From Octopus vulgaris (lineage: Eukaryota), in the NCBI GenBank assembly GCA_951406725.2, contig OX597816.1, positions 33,046,001-33,110,000 of the forward strand: DNA of 64,000 bases, read 5' to 3'. Below, in pieces: positions 12,365 to 25,739 of the stretch (position 1 is its first letter; each line of letters begins with the position of its first letter). A program made the translations under genes and the position numbers. A model generated the notes under the pieces. That model searched no databases. It worked only from the letters and a program-made list of their open reading frames with translations, and had not been told where the DNA came from.

Positions 12365-12580
12365 AATTAAATCAAGGATATAAAACCCTCTTAAAGGGAT
12401 GAAAGAATCCAAGTTTCTCAGTTTCATCCAGTGTATCTGGGAAAAACCAAAGACGGTAGCTTTGCATTGATGGATATGGTTATACTAATGTTTATGTATC
12501 AGAAAAAGAAGACGGAGAAAATGAGACAGGGACATCAAGTTATAACATATTTAATTTCACACGAAAACAATATGTATATG

Positions 12581-12664
<84 letters not shown>

Positions 12665-12735
12665 TATATATATGTATATGTATATGTATATGTGTATATA
12701 TATATATATACATACACATATATAAATATGTATAT

Positions 12736-12799
<64 letters not shown>

Positions 12800-13423
12800 G
12801 TATAGTGAACAACAATGCACTATAATACCTCAGTATCGGCATCTCGATTTTCGAAAAATTGTTAGTTGAGTCCCGTAATTTCTTTTTATTTCTTTATGCT
12901 TTGAAGAAAGCAAGAATTGAAAGGGGAGAGAAAGGGAACAGGGACGTTTACTTTGATGTGAGAGCAGAAAGGGAAAGAGAGGAGAAAGTGAAAGATGTAT
13001 GTACGTGTATATAGAATGGACGTTTGTGTGTGTGTTTGTGTTTGTGTATGCATGAGTGTGCGTGTGCATGTGCGTGATAGAGAGAGAGAGAAGAGAGTGA
13101 GTGAATGAGTGAAGGCTTGTATTGTCTTCTATGTCTAAGTGGCACTCACTTGGTCACTCTCTCTCTCTAACACACATCTTTTTTTATATATGTGTGCGTG
13201 TGTATATAAGAGAGAGAGTGAGCGAGTGAGTGAATGATTGAGTGAGCAATTGTATTTCGTCAGAACATATGGAGAAATGGAAGGTACACACTCAAAGAAA
13301 AATGTGATGTCGTCGTTGTGTTGATATAAAATGTTTACAATAGTCGACTTAGAAAAGTATATGATGTGAATTTTTTGTAATGCAAATATGTCAATGAAAA
13401 TGAAGTATATTTGGTAGTGGTTA

Positions 13424-13507
13424 TTATTATATGGTGTTGTAGTTAAGAGCGCGGGCTACTAAACCCAATATTCCGAGTTTGATTCCAGTCAGTGACCTGA
13501 ATAATAC

Positions 13508-13569
<62 letters not shown>

Positions 13570-13756
13570 GTAATTGTAATAATAATAATAATAACAACAA
13601 CAACAACATCAAAAAATACCTTAGGAATGAGAACCCAGGTTCGAAATTTTCCCAACACACCTGATGAAGGCCGGAGGGTATATCAGCCGAAACGTTGTGT
13701 TAACAACAAGCAAGATGAGGACAAATATCCATCAAATGTAAATAATATAAATAATG
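13424..13756 (+). mobile_element. tRNA-headed SINE with (AAT)n/(AAC)n spacer and hammerhead-containing tail (family H)
   Basis: A-box-like TGGTGTTGTAG (13432-13442), B-box-like GTTTGATTCC (13477-13486), microsatellite 13500-13608, hammerhead 13657-13700. Tail shared with 7900-8070. Confidence 0.8.
13657..13700 (+). ncRNA. Minimal type I hammerhead ribozyme with intact core
   Basis: ACAC-CTGATGA-A-GGCCG...CAGCC-GAAA-CGTT-GTGT. Stem I is ACAC/GTGT, helix III is loopless and palindromic (AACGTT), and the predicted cut is after GUU (13696). Confidence 0.75.
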
Positions 13757-15368
13757 AGCCTTTGCTTAACCTGATATTAATATAATTAACACTATTTCCA
13801 AATTAATTAGAAATTGCATATGAACAAATCACTTCCTTGTTTTCTAATAATATTGTAGTCCTACTTTTTGGGGAGTAGTTTACCTTCACTGCAAACATGA
13901 GAGTTAGATATTCAAACGAAACATCAATAGTTCTCACGTATCCAGTACTTTAGTAACAATATCAGGATCATCTTCGTTATACCTTGCTGTAGCTTCTACC
14001 ACCTGAGATCTGTAACTTCTTTCATCCAGCAGGAACCGTGAAAAATAATATGTAATACGTGTGTTCTACAGCTGCTCTAAGAGATTACACACAAATCCGA
14101 TACTCGGCATTAGTCAATCGAAGATGTGAATTCCAACAGCATAGCTGTGCCCCAACACACACTATCAATACACCCAAGCGAAAACTTGAGAAAATTGGCG
14201 GGCTTGATGTTTCTGCTTCAGCAACCTATCAACATCAGATTAACCACTTTTCCGAACCATGGCTCATTTCCAGCACGTACGGAGGTTGAACAATGTGGAT
14301 AGATTTGAGTACTGGCGCAAGGAGACGTTTAACCAACCAAATGTTATAAGCGTTGAATTGAGTTTCTGGCACAACGATGGGCACAGACAATAGAGTATGA
14401 TGAGATGTATTTTGATAAATAAACTAAATACTTTCCGTATGTGATTTTATTTCACTATTAATTGAAGACTAAAATTAGAATAAAATTTTGACTCAACCTT
14501 TTGCATAAAAGTTATTAAGCCGAATTATTTTACGGATTCTGAAGCGTATATTCAGCAAAAATACCATTGAGTATTATAGCTTCCACTCTTGGCAGGATGA
14601 ACATGAATTTCGAGTTAGCACCTTACATTTGACCAAGACCATTAAAAATGTAATTCAAATCTTGCTGCTGAAATTGCTAAGAATCGAATATCCGAATTGA
14701 TGCGCAAAGTCGTAATACAAGATTCAACGTGAGCTGAAACAATCATGTTTACGTTCAGATACATTCAATTCTAAATTATATAATTTTGTATGTCAACGAA
14801 TCTCTACACTGCTAGTAGCAACCATGACGTTTCCGATGCATTGCGTTAAAAATCTACTTCACTAATCGAAATCTGTTTCTGTTCCTTTCCAACTGAAAGC
14901 CAGGACAGCGTATTCTCGAATGAAAATACGAATTCCACAATTCTTTCTTTCTTCAGTGGATTAGGATAAAAATATTTGTCTTTCTGACTTAAACTCCAGC
15001 ATTATGTAGAACACAAATATATTTTTAATTATATTTTCAAATATATTTTCTATACTGTTTCCTCATATTCCTACAAATGGATACAAGAGTTTCTTTCATT
15101 TTCCTCACAGCGCTCAATAATATACTTCTGCTTGCAATCGCCGTCACATTGCTATGCAGAAGTCTGCTCTTCAAACACGATGTAATCAAATATGAATTAA
15201 CGAGTACAACACCACTTCGGTGCTGATGCTAATCACGCTTGTAATTCCACAACTCACCTTGCTCAACAATAAAAATAATATATACATATATAACGGTATA
15301 TACAAATATGTGTGTAATATATGTCTATAAACTTGTATACACATATTATTATTATTATTATTGATGTT

Positions 15369-15580
15369 AAGGAGGCAAGTTGGCAGAATCGTTAGCACGC
15401 TGGACCAAATGTTTAGCGGTATTTCGCCCGTCGATACATTCTCAGTTCAAAATTTACCAAGGTCGACTTTGCCTTTCATGCTTTTGTGGGCGATAAAAGA
15501 TGTACGAATTGAATACTGGGGACCATGTAATTGACTCATTCTCATCTCTCCCTATTTGCCCTTGTGGCAAAAATTCAAAT
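15369..15580 (+). mobile_element. SINE family C (GGCGGCGAGCTGGCAGAATCGTTAG-type head)
   Basis: B-box-like AGTTCAAAAT and central GGTCGACTTTGCCTTTCAT...GATAAAA block, which resembles the Meta-type SINE domain (unverified). Multiple copies in the window. Confidence 0.85.
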
Positions 15581-15599
15581 AATAATAATTATTTTTGTT

Positions 15600-15775
15600 A
15601 AGGCGGAGAGCTGGCAGAACCGTTAGTACGCTTGACAAAGGGCTTAAAGCATTTCATCTGATTTACGTTCTAAGATCAAATGCTGCCGAGGTCGGTTTTG
15701 CCTTTCATCCTTTCGGAGTCGATACATAAAATATCGGTGGAGGAACACTACCGTCGATTTAATAGACTAGGCCTT
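15600..15775 (+). mobile_element. SINE family C, second copy in tandem
   Basis: AAGGCGGAGAGCTGGCAGAACCGTTAG...GAGGTCGGTTTTGCCTTTCATCCTTTCGGAGTCGAT. Confidence 0.85.
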
Positions 15776-15787
15776 TACTAGAAAGGG

Positions 15788-15993
15788 TTATTATTATTAT
15801 ATAAAAACTCAGAGCTTATTTTGCTGGGTATGATGGGGGGGTATAATGGAATATGTCAGCTGTCCACAGCCAGCAGACTAAGCAATACCGATTTCTGTAG
15901 GTATTCTACCTTGACACTTGCTCCGGTCTTTTTCAGTCATGTTGAAAGTTGGGTGCTTATACTTCCAGGTGCACCAATTACTATTGGTACCAC
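15788..15993 (-). mobile_element. R4/Dong-type LINE 3' end
   Basis: Minus-strand VVPIVIGAPGSIS...VEYLQKSVLL (RLE C-terminus), followed by a short UTR and a (TAA)n tail. Confidence 0.75.
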
Positions 15994-15996
15994 GTC

Positions 15997-16090
15997 TCCT
16001 CCGGTGGAATTTGAATACAGAAACTAAATGCGAACGAAATGCTGCTAAACATATTCCCCAGCATGCTAACGATTCCCGCAGCTTTAGGCT
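15997..16090 (-). mobile_element. SINE family C, 5' half
   Basis: Reverse complement of the family C head (GGAATTTGAA...GCTAACGATTC). Confidence 0.65.
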
Positions 16091-16809
16091 TAACATATAA
16101 CAGCAAATTATATGATGCACTCTTACTCAGGCAAGCACGCTTCCAAACGCATACATTCACACACACACATATAGGCCTACATTTTTCACGCTGTTTCGTT
16201 CAAAATTATCATATGCAAGCTGAAATGCCGTGAGGATAGAAATGAATGTCGGAAGCGAAATCTAAATTTCTAGAACAATCATGAGAGAACAAAATGAAAT
16301 AATCTCAAAGTTGGTTGGAATATATCTGGAACGGTGAATACTATGTTTTAAAATGACTTCATCGTTTTCATAGCGCCAATAGCGTCGTGGACAGGATATT
16401 AAGGGAAGTACATTAACTATCTTGGATTTCATTTATTTCATTACAGAATGCAACCCAGGGTCACCAACGTAAATCTAGTGTTGGCCGTAGAAGGGTTAAT
16501 AAATGTAGTTCATCTAATATTCTTCATTTATGTTCAATCCTGCTTCGCCTGCACACTCACCACTCTCTCTACTTCACAATTCTTTTCTTCCTTAGTCTTC
16601 TTTCGTTTTCTTCTTGTTGTGTTCGCATTGATTCTTTGTTTTGTTTTCTATTCGAGATTTTGTTTGTTTTCAGTCTCTCTTTACTGTAGTTGCTGTTGCT
16701 GTTGTCCTTGTTGTTGCCAGAGATCTATGATGAATGTCTGTAATGTAATGAAGAATTTATTCAAGTGTTTTTCGCCAGCAGACTTGACGAGATTCAGAAT
16801 CGATTTTAC

Positions 16810-17051
16810 ACAAACACACACGCACCCACACACATACACACACACATACAAGCATCTACATATGTATACATGTTTTATATATATAAATAAATATATATAT
16901 ATATATATATATATGCATGTATGTATGTATGTGTATATATAAATGCAAACATGTATTTATACGCATATATGCATACGCACTATATCCACGCATATACATA
17001 CACGTATATATTCAGGCATACTTACATGCACACACACACTCATATATATAT

Positions 17052-17100
<49 letters not shown>

Positions 17101-17143
17101 CATATACCTATATATATACACATTCATATACATGCATATATAC

Positions 17144-17195
<52 letters not shown>

Positions 17196-17214
17196 TATAT
17201 ATATATATATACAA

Positions 17215-17259
<45 letters not shown>

Positions 17260-17387
17260 GGTATATATATATATACATATATATATACATATATATATAT
17301 ATATACATCTATTTATACACACCTGCACATATACAAATGCATATATGTGTATATATATATTTATATACATAATACATACATATATAT

Positions 17388-17469
<82 letters not shown>

Positions 17470-17495
17470 GTATATATACGTATGTATATGTGTAT
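16810..17495. repeat. Long compound (TA)n/(CA)n microsatellite
   Basis: Directly visible; source of the YI/HT ORFs. Confidence 0.95.
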
Positions 17496-17922
17496 ACGTT
17501 GTGATAGCGAGGTCCCTGATACCGTAGCCATCACTATTTGCATGATGTATCTACGGAGCATCAACCATTGAAAAACAACTTCTGGCCATACACGAAGGAA
17601 AACAAAATAAATGATCGTCCATAGGATTAATTACTCTCTACTTCAAGGGCAAACGGATTGTTAGGTAAGTTTAATGCCAGTAATTTCCAATTTATACCGT
17701 TATATATATTTATGTTTGCAGTTGTGATAAATAGGTGAGTTTCATGTATAAATAATGCGCAAAAATATTGGTCCACATTGGAAGAGGTATCACATCTTCC
17801 GTGCTTTAAAGGCTATTTATATATCTTACTGAAAGATTATTTCCCATTTTCTTCTCTTTTATGCATTTATTATAGTGCTTTATATTTTCCTTTTCTAATA
17901 TATTCAAACAATTTATGCAATA

Positions 17923-18083
17923 GGAGTAGGAGGGGTTGTGTCGTAAGTAGGATGCTTGCTAACCACATCGTTCCGGGTTCAGTCCCACTGCGTGGCACCT
18001 TGGGTAAGTGTCTTCTACTATAGCCCCGGGCCTACCAGATCCTTCTGAGCGGATTTGGTAAACGGAAACTGAAAGAAGCCCGT

Positions 18084-18142
<59 letters not shown>

Positions 18143-18377
18143 TTGTATATATGTATGTGTATATGTTTGTGTGTCAGTGTTTGTTCCCCAACATCGCTTG
18201 ACAACCGATGGTGGTGTGTTTACGTCCCCGTAAAGTAGCGATTCTGCAAAAAGAGACAGATAGAATAAGTACTAGGCTTACAAATAATAAGTCCTGGGGT
18301 CGATCTGCTCGACTAACGGCGGTGCTCCAGCATAGCCACGGTCAAATGACTGAAGCAAGTAAAAGTGAGTGAAAGAG
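17923..18377 (+). mobile_element. CORE-type tRNA SINE (family A)
   Basis: Full-length match to 4279-4740. Confidence 0.92.
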
Positions 18378-18779
18378 AATCATATATATACACCATACAC
18401 GACTTACCTAGATTTAACAGCTGCTTCCTACTGCGAAGATTCTAGTCATAATCAGTGCATATTTCTTCATTAACTATGCATTTTAATATGATTTCAATGG
18501 TAATCCGCTTGCCACCCACACTTGTACTGTCATTGCCAGTTTTGCATATATAACGCTAGACTTCTGCCTTCACAAAGGGTTGATTTTAATGAAACTTGTT
18601 CAATTTGACCACCCACAGCCTCCTCCCCACATCCTACACTCTAGTGCCATCTACATATATCCTGAGCGCTCCGGCAATACTTTATGGAAATTTTTGTTCA
18701 TTCATTAACACAAACGCACAACAGGTAGCAATTGCTATTCAACCGATAACGAAAGATCGTTATAACTGCATTGCGGTTC

Positions 18780-19040
18780 GCTACATATTTGCCAATTTCC
18801 TATATGTATAACTACTTCCTGTTTCAAGACTGACCACACACCAGCTTGCCCTTGCAATCTGATATCAGCATATTTCAAGTGATTTTCCTATTTTAGAGAG
18901 CTGAATGGATGTTTAGTTTGTTGCTGTTGCCAGATTGGAGAATATAGAGACCACATCCTAGATTGCAAGAAAGCATCACTTCAAACTATCTTCCTCGACC
19001 TTACAAAACCATATCAAAACACACGAAATGATACAGGTTC
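18780..19040 (+). mobile_element. Possible highly decayed LINE reverse transcriptase fragment
   Basis: Plus-strand LQTIFLDLTKPY resembles the RT motif FLDxxKAFD. Little other support. Confidence 0.3.
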
Positions 19041-22000
19041 GACTCATCGACAAAAATTCCCTGACACTCTACTACCCTTCGACGATCTGTCTCTTTATTC
19101 TTTCTTTACCACCATTAAACACAGAATAAATATCGTTTTCACTCATGAACATACCATTCTCCCTCCTTTCCAAAAGGATTCTTCTTTATTTTCATTCAGA
19201 GATTCTACACTAAATATTTTACACCAAAATAACTTTCAATATCCACCATCTTTTAGTATACTTTTCTGTCACATTTTCCTGAATATGTAGATCTATAATC
19301 TGAACACCAATGATATTATCCGCATTCTCTCTGATGCAACTAGTAAAAAAAACTACTGTCACTGCACCGTTTTCTGAAAGGTGTTAATAAAAATTGATAG
19401 AAGGAACTTCTACGCGGTCACACGAGCTACCTGATATATGTAGCAGCACGATGTCACTCGTTTCTCAGTATGGTTTATGCAAAGAATCAATAAATCTGTC
19501 AGATAGTGTCCTAGATGCACTTTCTGTAATAATAGAAAAATGAAATTGTCTCGCTAAAACTTCGCTGCATATAAGATTGATCTAAGCTAAATGCCGACAT
19601 GTCAATAAGATAAGCTCACTTTAGTGCGTTTCGAACTTAGCTGCATTTGGCCAATGCTCTTAGTAACCTTTGTAGTTAAATGTTTACATAAGTATTCTGT
19701 GTCACCATGACATTAATCGCAACAATTTCTCTCATTATCATCAACTTGTTGACTATCTTTGAAGTATTGCATACTGGCGTAATGCAAAATATACTTTAGC
19801 TGTTATATTGAATTAGCTGAAAACCAAAATTAACTAGACTATATTAATATATTGCAATTCTAAGTAATAATGTAGTGACAGCCAATTTACAATTGTGCTG
19901 TGTATTGTTCAGGCGAAATTTAAATCTGTACTTTCAAAAGATTTTGTGCGAGGCTATCTGTCCAATATAATTGAATGAACCGCAATATTGCAGCGTTATT
20001 ATGGTTTGCTTAAATCATGCTCAATACTACATTTGTTATTGTTACGAAGTATATGGATTATAATAGAGACTTTTAAGATCACAGCAGCTGCCAAGGTGAA
20101 TTTACTTGTTTATTCGACCTGCTAAAAATAGCCAAAATCGCTTTCAAATCGCACACTACCATTATATGCTTGGGCAATGTAGTACCTCGAATGTCTTTAA
20201 AGGTAGACCTTCTCGTTAAGGACTGGCCTGGAACACAAAATAGCACCAAAAGTAAAAATAATACCTATACGCATTTCTCTAACGCATTATTTAAGCTGTG
20301 TAATTTCATAACATATATGTATGAAACTCGACTAATTTTGAGAACTTGGATTACCAACTTATCCTATCACAGACCCTCAATACAAATTAGTTGCGAAATG
20401 CATCACCTTACCAGCTCCAGTTATACTGCCTGTCTAGTGATCACATAGACACACCCCAGCATAACCGCTGTCTAATGTTTGAGACAAATACAAAGAAGAA
20501 ACATTACAGTGAAACAAAATTTATTTTTCATTGTATGTCCATCTTTAAAACATTCTGTAAAATTGGCACAAATATGTATATTGCGGTATTTTTATAGTTC
20601 TCGCGACAAAAGAAGGCTATCAGAAAGTTGATGCGATACCGAACTGAGGTTATTTCTGGATTCAGAGGCCAAAAATTAGTCAAAAACAGCATCAGATTTA
20701 ACCCAACGAAAATTTTGCTCTCTAGTGTTATTGGTACAACTATGTTCATAACAGCATGATAGTCAACATAATTGTCCTCCTCTTTCTTCTTATCATCACA
20801 ACCACTTCCAACATTACTATCCCCCACTAATACTAACACCAATTCCACCACAAAGACTACTGTCAGAACAACCACCGCTACTACCATCATTATCAAATTT
20901 TTTCAATGTTTAAATCTTTATTTGAAATACTTTAATGTTCTTTTGTAGTAAATTCAATCACTTTCAGTTCCCTTTTTCGATTTCTCTGCCAGTTTGTTTA
21001 TATTAGTCTTTCACTCAATCTCTATATCAACTGTTATCATTCCTTCTCTTTCTCTCCCTCCCTCCCCTCTCTCTTTCTCTATTTTTCTCTCTGCCTGTCA
21101 GCCAATGATTTTTCATTATGTTTTTCTATTAATCATTCGATTTGTTTCCCTCATATTTAAAACCTCTCATTCACACACCCATCATTTATCTCCTCCTTCT
21201 CTAACTCCCTGTACATTCGCATACACACAGAACGCCATTCATTTTCGTCGTATCTGTAAAAGAAAACTTTTATCTGTAAACACGGGATTTCTAACACATT
21301 CTTGATGCTTCATAATTAAACATCATGTTGTTGTGGACTTCCATGGACGTTCCTTGAATGTTACACAGGAAAACATTCCTAACATTTCCTACGCTTAATA
21401 TTTGATTTCTTGAAATTCTAATTCATGTAAGAGATATTTTTTATTGATTTCTAAATTTTTCTGTAATGACTTATTTATTTCTTTATTTATGGATTAATTT
21501 CAGTAATAACATCATGTTTCTGCTGTGGCTACATCTCAATTGATCATCTTGGAATCAATTTTGCCAGAATTAATGAGGCATTTACTACAGCAGAACAACA
21601 ATGTGGACTTAGTATAACGTAATCATTTGATTATATGACATTATGTCAAATTGTTATTGATGTGTATATACATATATGCGTGTTAGTGTATGTGCATATG
21701 CATACAAACATTCGCACACAAACTTGCACAAGATTGTGGACTAACGAGTTACAGCATGAAACATATTTTTTCACTCGTCACGGCCACTCAATATCTAGTT
21801 TATACTATTATCAGTATTATTATTTTTACTGCTAGCTGTTTATGCCACTGATACAATTGATAAGATCAAATATGCTCTGACCACGTCTATATCGGTGTAT
21901 TTTCCAGAAAGTGCATGTCACACCATAATATTCAATAATATGTCCAACCATTCTCTTTATTATAAGACGATATGTGTTATTTAAAGACTGGTTTTCTACT

Positions 22001-24738
22001 TCTGAAATGCCGCGCAACAACATATATACTCTCATATAGAACCCGTCGTAAACACGGTTTCCTTGATGTATTTGCTAACTAAAAATTGGAAACCCTCTTT
22101 AATTGTGATTTGCCATCAAATTATCAGTCCTTGCAGCTATTATTCATGTGATTATCACAGCAAATATTGCTTAAATTTCAGTAGAAACAGAGGACTCGTA
22201 AGTTTTAGTTTGCTCAGAGAGGGTTAAGCAATTAATTGTAGCCGTTAGGGGAGTAATTCAAAGAATCACCATCACACAATATTCAAAGTAAAAACATGGC
22301 AAAACACGATCTTCGTCTTCCTCTTCATCGTCTTTATTATCATCGCTCACAACAACATTTAGGTATAAACTGTACTCGAGCAATCTGTAAACACTTCGTA
22401 TATGTCCTTAATTGACAAACATTTTAAGCATTATTAAGATAGAAATAGTTTAGTTCGTCACAATACTTGCCAGAGATGAAGATAATATCAATTATAAACG
22501 TATTAGCAACAATAACACACTTCAGACATTTAGAGATCGAATCGAGTTAGACTTTCCTATTAAAATGTGGCTATTCAAATTAAGAGTCAGATGTAATGAT
22601 TTATATAAGAACATCTATTCTACTTCTGCAGCAAAAGAAGGATTGAACACCACTCCTATCGCCAGTAACCACATTAGTATTTCAGTTCAGGCTCTGAATA
22701 AAAGAGTCTTATATCTCTATCATGTCGCTCTTATTCATACGTACATACATACATATAAATGTGTGTTATCCTCGGATATACTTCCTAACTGACAACAGGA
22801 TACAAAAAGCTAACGTCACTTCTGTCTTTGTTAACAAACTATCTCAGTCAACTAAATGTGGATCTGAATGATAGTGTTGTCGCTGAATATACCCAAAAAT
22901 CATTTCTGATTGAGAAAATCTATTTGATGAAAGAATTTCAGTCGATTCCATCTCATTTTGTTTTTCATTTCCTTTTCATTTGCATCTTGAATAACGTTGT
23001 CCCCTCGTATTCTTCCCATTTTTAAGTCAATGAGATATATGATTTGAAAGGTGTTTGGTTTCTTGTTGCAGCAAGACGAGCTATCACATACAGACTCCCT
23101 CGTTAGTCTGTCTGAATGGCCTTTAAATCACTTCTTCATTGGTGCTACGATTTTTTAAATAAAATGTTTTCATTCTTTTAATATTTAGAAAGTCATTCAA
23201 ATGTATAATATGAAACAAGATGAAACGAAAATGTTCTTTAATATTTACGGTTTCTTTTTCCATGATAGCTAAAGGAATTTTTTAGAAAATTCTTTATGGT
23301 TCATTTGATTCCCTTTCTATATCGATAACAATTTTCCAAAGAGTTTGGAGCGCATATTTTTGTATAGCATCATAAGTTTCTTTACAAGCACGAAAAAATA
23401 TAGTGGTAAGAACAGGAATGGCATAGACTCTGTTTTCACTCTTCAATAATTAATTTATAAATATTATAAACAGAAATAAAAATAAACCGTAGTAAAAAGA
23501 AAATAAAAAATGCTCCTTCTACTATTCCTTGGATACATCAAAAACATTGAATAGCATGAAAGGAATTGCCCATGTAAAAATCTTACATAATATTGGACAT
23601 AACTGATATGGTTTCTTCTCATTTCAGCACGCGAACATAATAGCGTATCAAACGAACTATAATCTTTCAATAGGAAACGTTCACACCTGTTTCTATTAAA
23701 TGTTTAAATAGTCTTATCTTAAATGAGCTGTACTTTCAACCTGTTTTCCTATTTGCTTTATTTGTTTTACATATTTTTGTGCACGAAAATTCTATTAAAT
23801 TCAATAACAAGAGAATGTTTGCAAACAAAATATTATACATGTCCACATATTTGTGCGTGCCTGTATCTCTGCGTGTGTGTCTGTGTGTGTCTGTGTGTAT
23901 ATGTACTTAGTATTTATATATGTATACTGATATATTCTTATATATAAATATATGAACGTGTATTCTTTATGTGTGTATATATGACTGACTGTTGTGTGAT
24001 ATATATATATAAATTATACAAAAATATATATATATATATACATACATATACAGAGAGCGCGAGAGAGAGATTAAATGTATACACATGTGTTTTTCTCTCT
24101 GCATGCGTGTGTACGGTGGAAAGCATTCAAGCAAGCAATCCTTGATGAAGTGTTGTAACTGTGTCTGCAACACTAGCGCATGGTGACTAAAGTGTTCATG
24201 GTATGTCACAGGGTCAAATATGGAGAAAGACGGACAAATTTCTAGCTGAAAAGTTATAATGTAAAGAAAACTACCCTGCTTTGACGTCTATTAGTGTGCG
24301 GGTAAAAATACTTAGTATACCTAAAATCTTATGTGTATAAGAATTACTATACAGATAGATATGTATACATATGTGTATGTGTGTTTGTGTGTGTGTGTGA
24401 TTATGGGTGTGTATGCGTGTGTGTGTTCCTATAGTTTTGAGAGTAGGTATGTAGTGGAATATAGTTGGATAGAAAGAGAAACAAATAGATATATAGAGAC
24501 AGACAAATACGCAAAAGGACAATAATATTTTATCCACCATACTATGGATCAATCCGTCTACCATGTCCTCTCTGTATCTAATTATATTCATATTACCTGT
24601 ATGTATCTGTATATCTATTTATATCCAAACATATACATGTGTATGCGCATGGGCGTGTACACAAGTGCATAACTGTGAGTTGCATTTGTATGTCTATATA
24701 TGTGCGTGCATATATATATATATATATATATATATGTA

Positions 24739-24833
<95 letters not shown>

Positions 24834-25141
24834 CTATATATGCTCTCTCGTCCCAAGCGCACAAACACTTACCCTTCCGTTCATATATTTCTTCTGTTTT
24901 GTAAATCTATTTTCATATAATTGTCCTCGACGCTGCATGGGTTAATAAATTGGTTTGTTCAATAATATTTTATTTATTTATTTCTATTTTGTGTTTCATC
25001 TTTCTATGTTAAAGTATTGAATGAATTCACTTATCATGTTTCTTCACTTCAGAGCCTACCCCACTTTTTCACTCGCTTGTTTTCCTAGTTTCTCATAATC
25101 TTTTCCATTTCACTTTTTCGACTTTCTCCCTGCCCCTCTCT

Positions 25142-25172
<31 letters not shown>

Positions 25173-25739
25173 CTATTTCTTTTATGAGCCTACTTTCGTC
25201 TGTACTCATGCTTCCAAATATATGATGAAAACTTCCTTGAATGTATCAACGAGGTATCTCTCTTCCAGACATCACTGTTTCACTGTAAATTCATTAGCCT
25301 CTTACTGGAAGACGTAATTGGCAATCATACCGAACCATAATTCCAAACATTTTTCAGGATAATGTGGTAGTTTTGTACTAAGGATTTTGCCTTTATATTT
25401 TTCTTTCAATATGGTCACAGTTGTTCTTTTATTTAATCTGATTTGATCTGGTTAACTAAAGGTGCATTTGTGCTCATAATAAAGTAGAGTCAGGTTTTTG
25501 TCAAGCCTCCATAACATTCATTCATGAAGTGATATCAAATGTATTCTTAATCACATTGCACTGCCTCTGCACCTCGGAAATCCCAATAAGATAGTCTCTT
25601 CGAGTCATTCCTAATGTTATGTTTAGTTTCTGTTGATCATTTTGCATATCTATTTTCGACATTGAAAATTTCATTATGTTTGATAGTGTTTCTAAGGCTT
25701 TAATACTTGTGACAAATTTTAGTGCCAGGCCAGACATTT

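Noticed and set aside
12371-12439. Candidate minus-strand exon DTLDETEKLGFFHPFKR after TTTTTCCCAG
   Set aside because: No convincing donor, the phase is incompatible with the upstream candidate exon, and no homology is recognisable.
13432-13497. Functional tRNA genes at SINE heads (also 5363, 3250 and family A)
   Set aside because: Degenerate stems and boxes, no complete cloverleaf, and attached to repeat bodies.
16447-16468. Plus-strand 22-nt micro-exon candidate (TTACAG|...|GTAAAT)
   Set aside because: Splice-like signals alone are common in AT-rich DNA and there is no other support.
16448-17571. YI/HT/CV-rich ORFs here and at 12.5, 24.6, 41.3, 52.1 and 54.8 kb
   Set aside because: Dinucleotide-repeat artefacts.
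25190-25737. Possible HERO-like RT remnant; a similar faint RTE-like signal lies at 36050-36420
   Set aside because: Motifs too decayed to call by eye.
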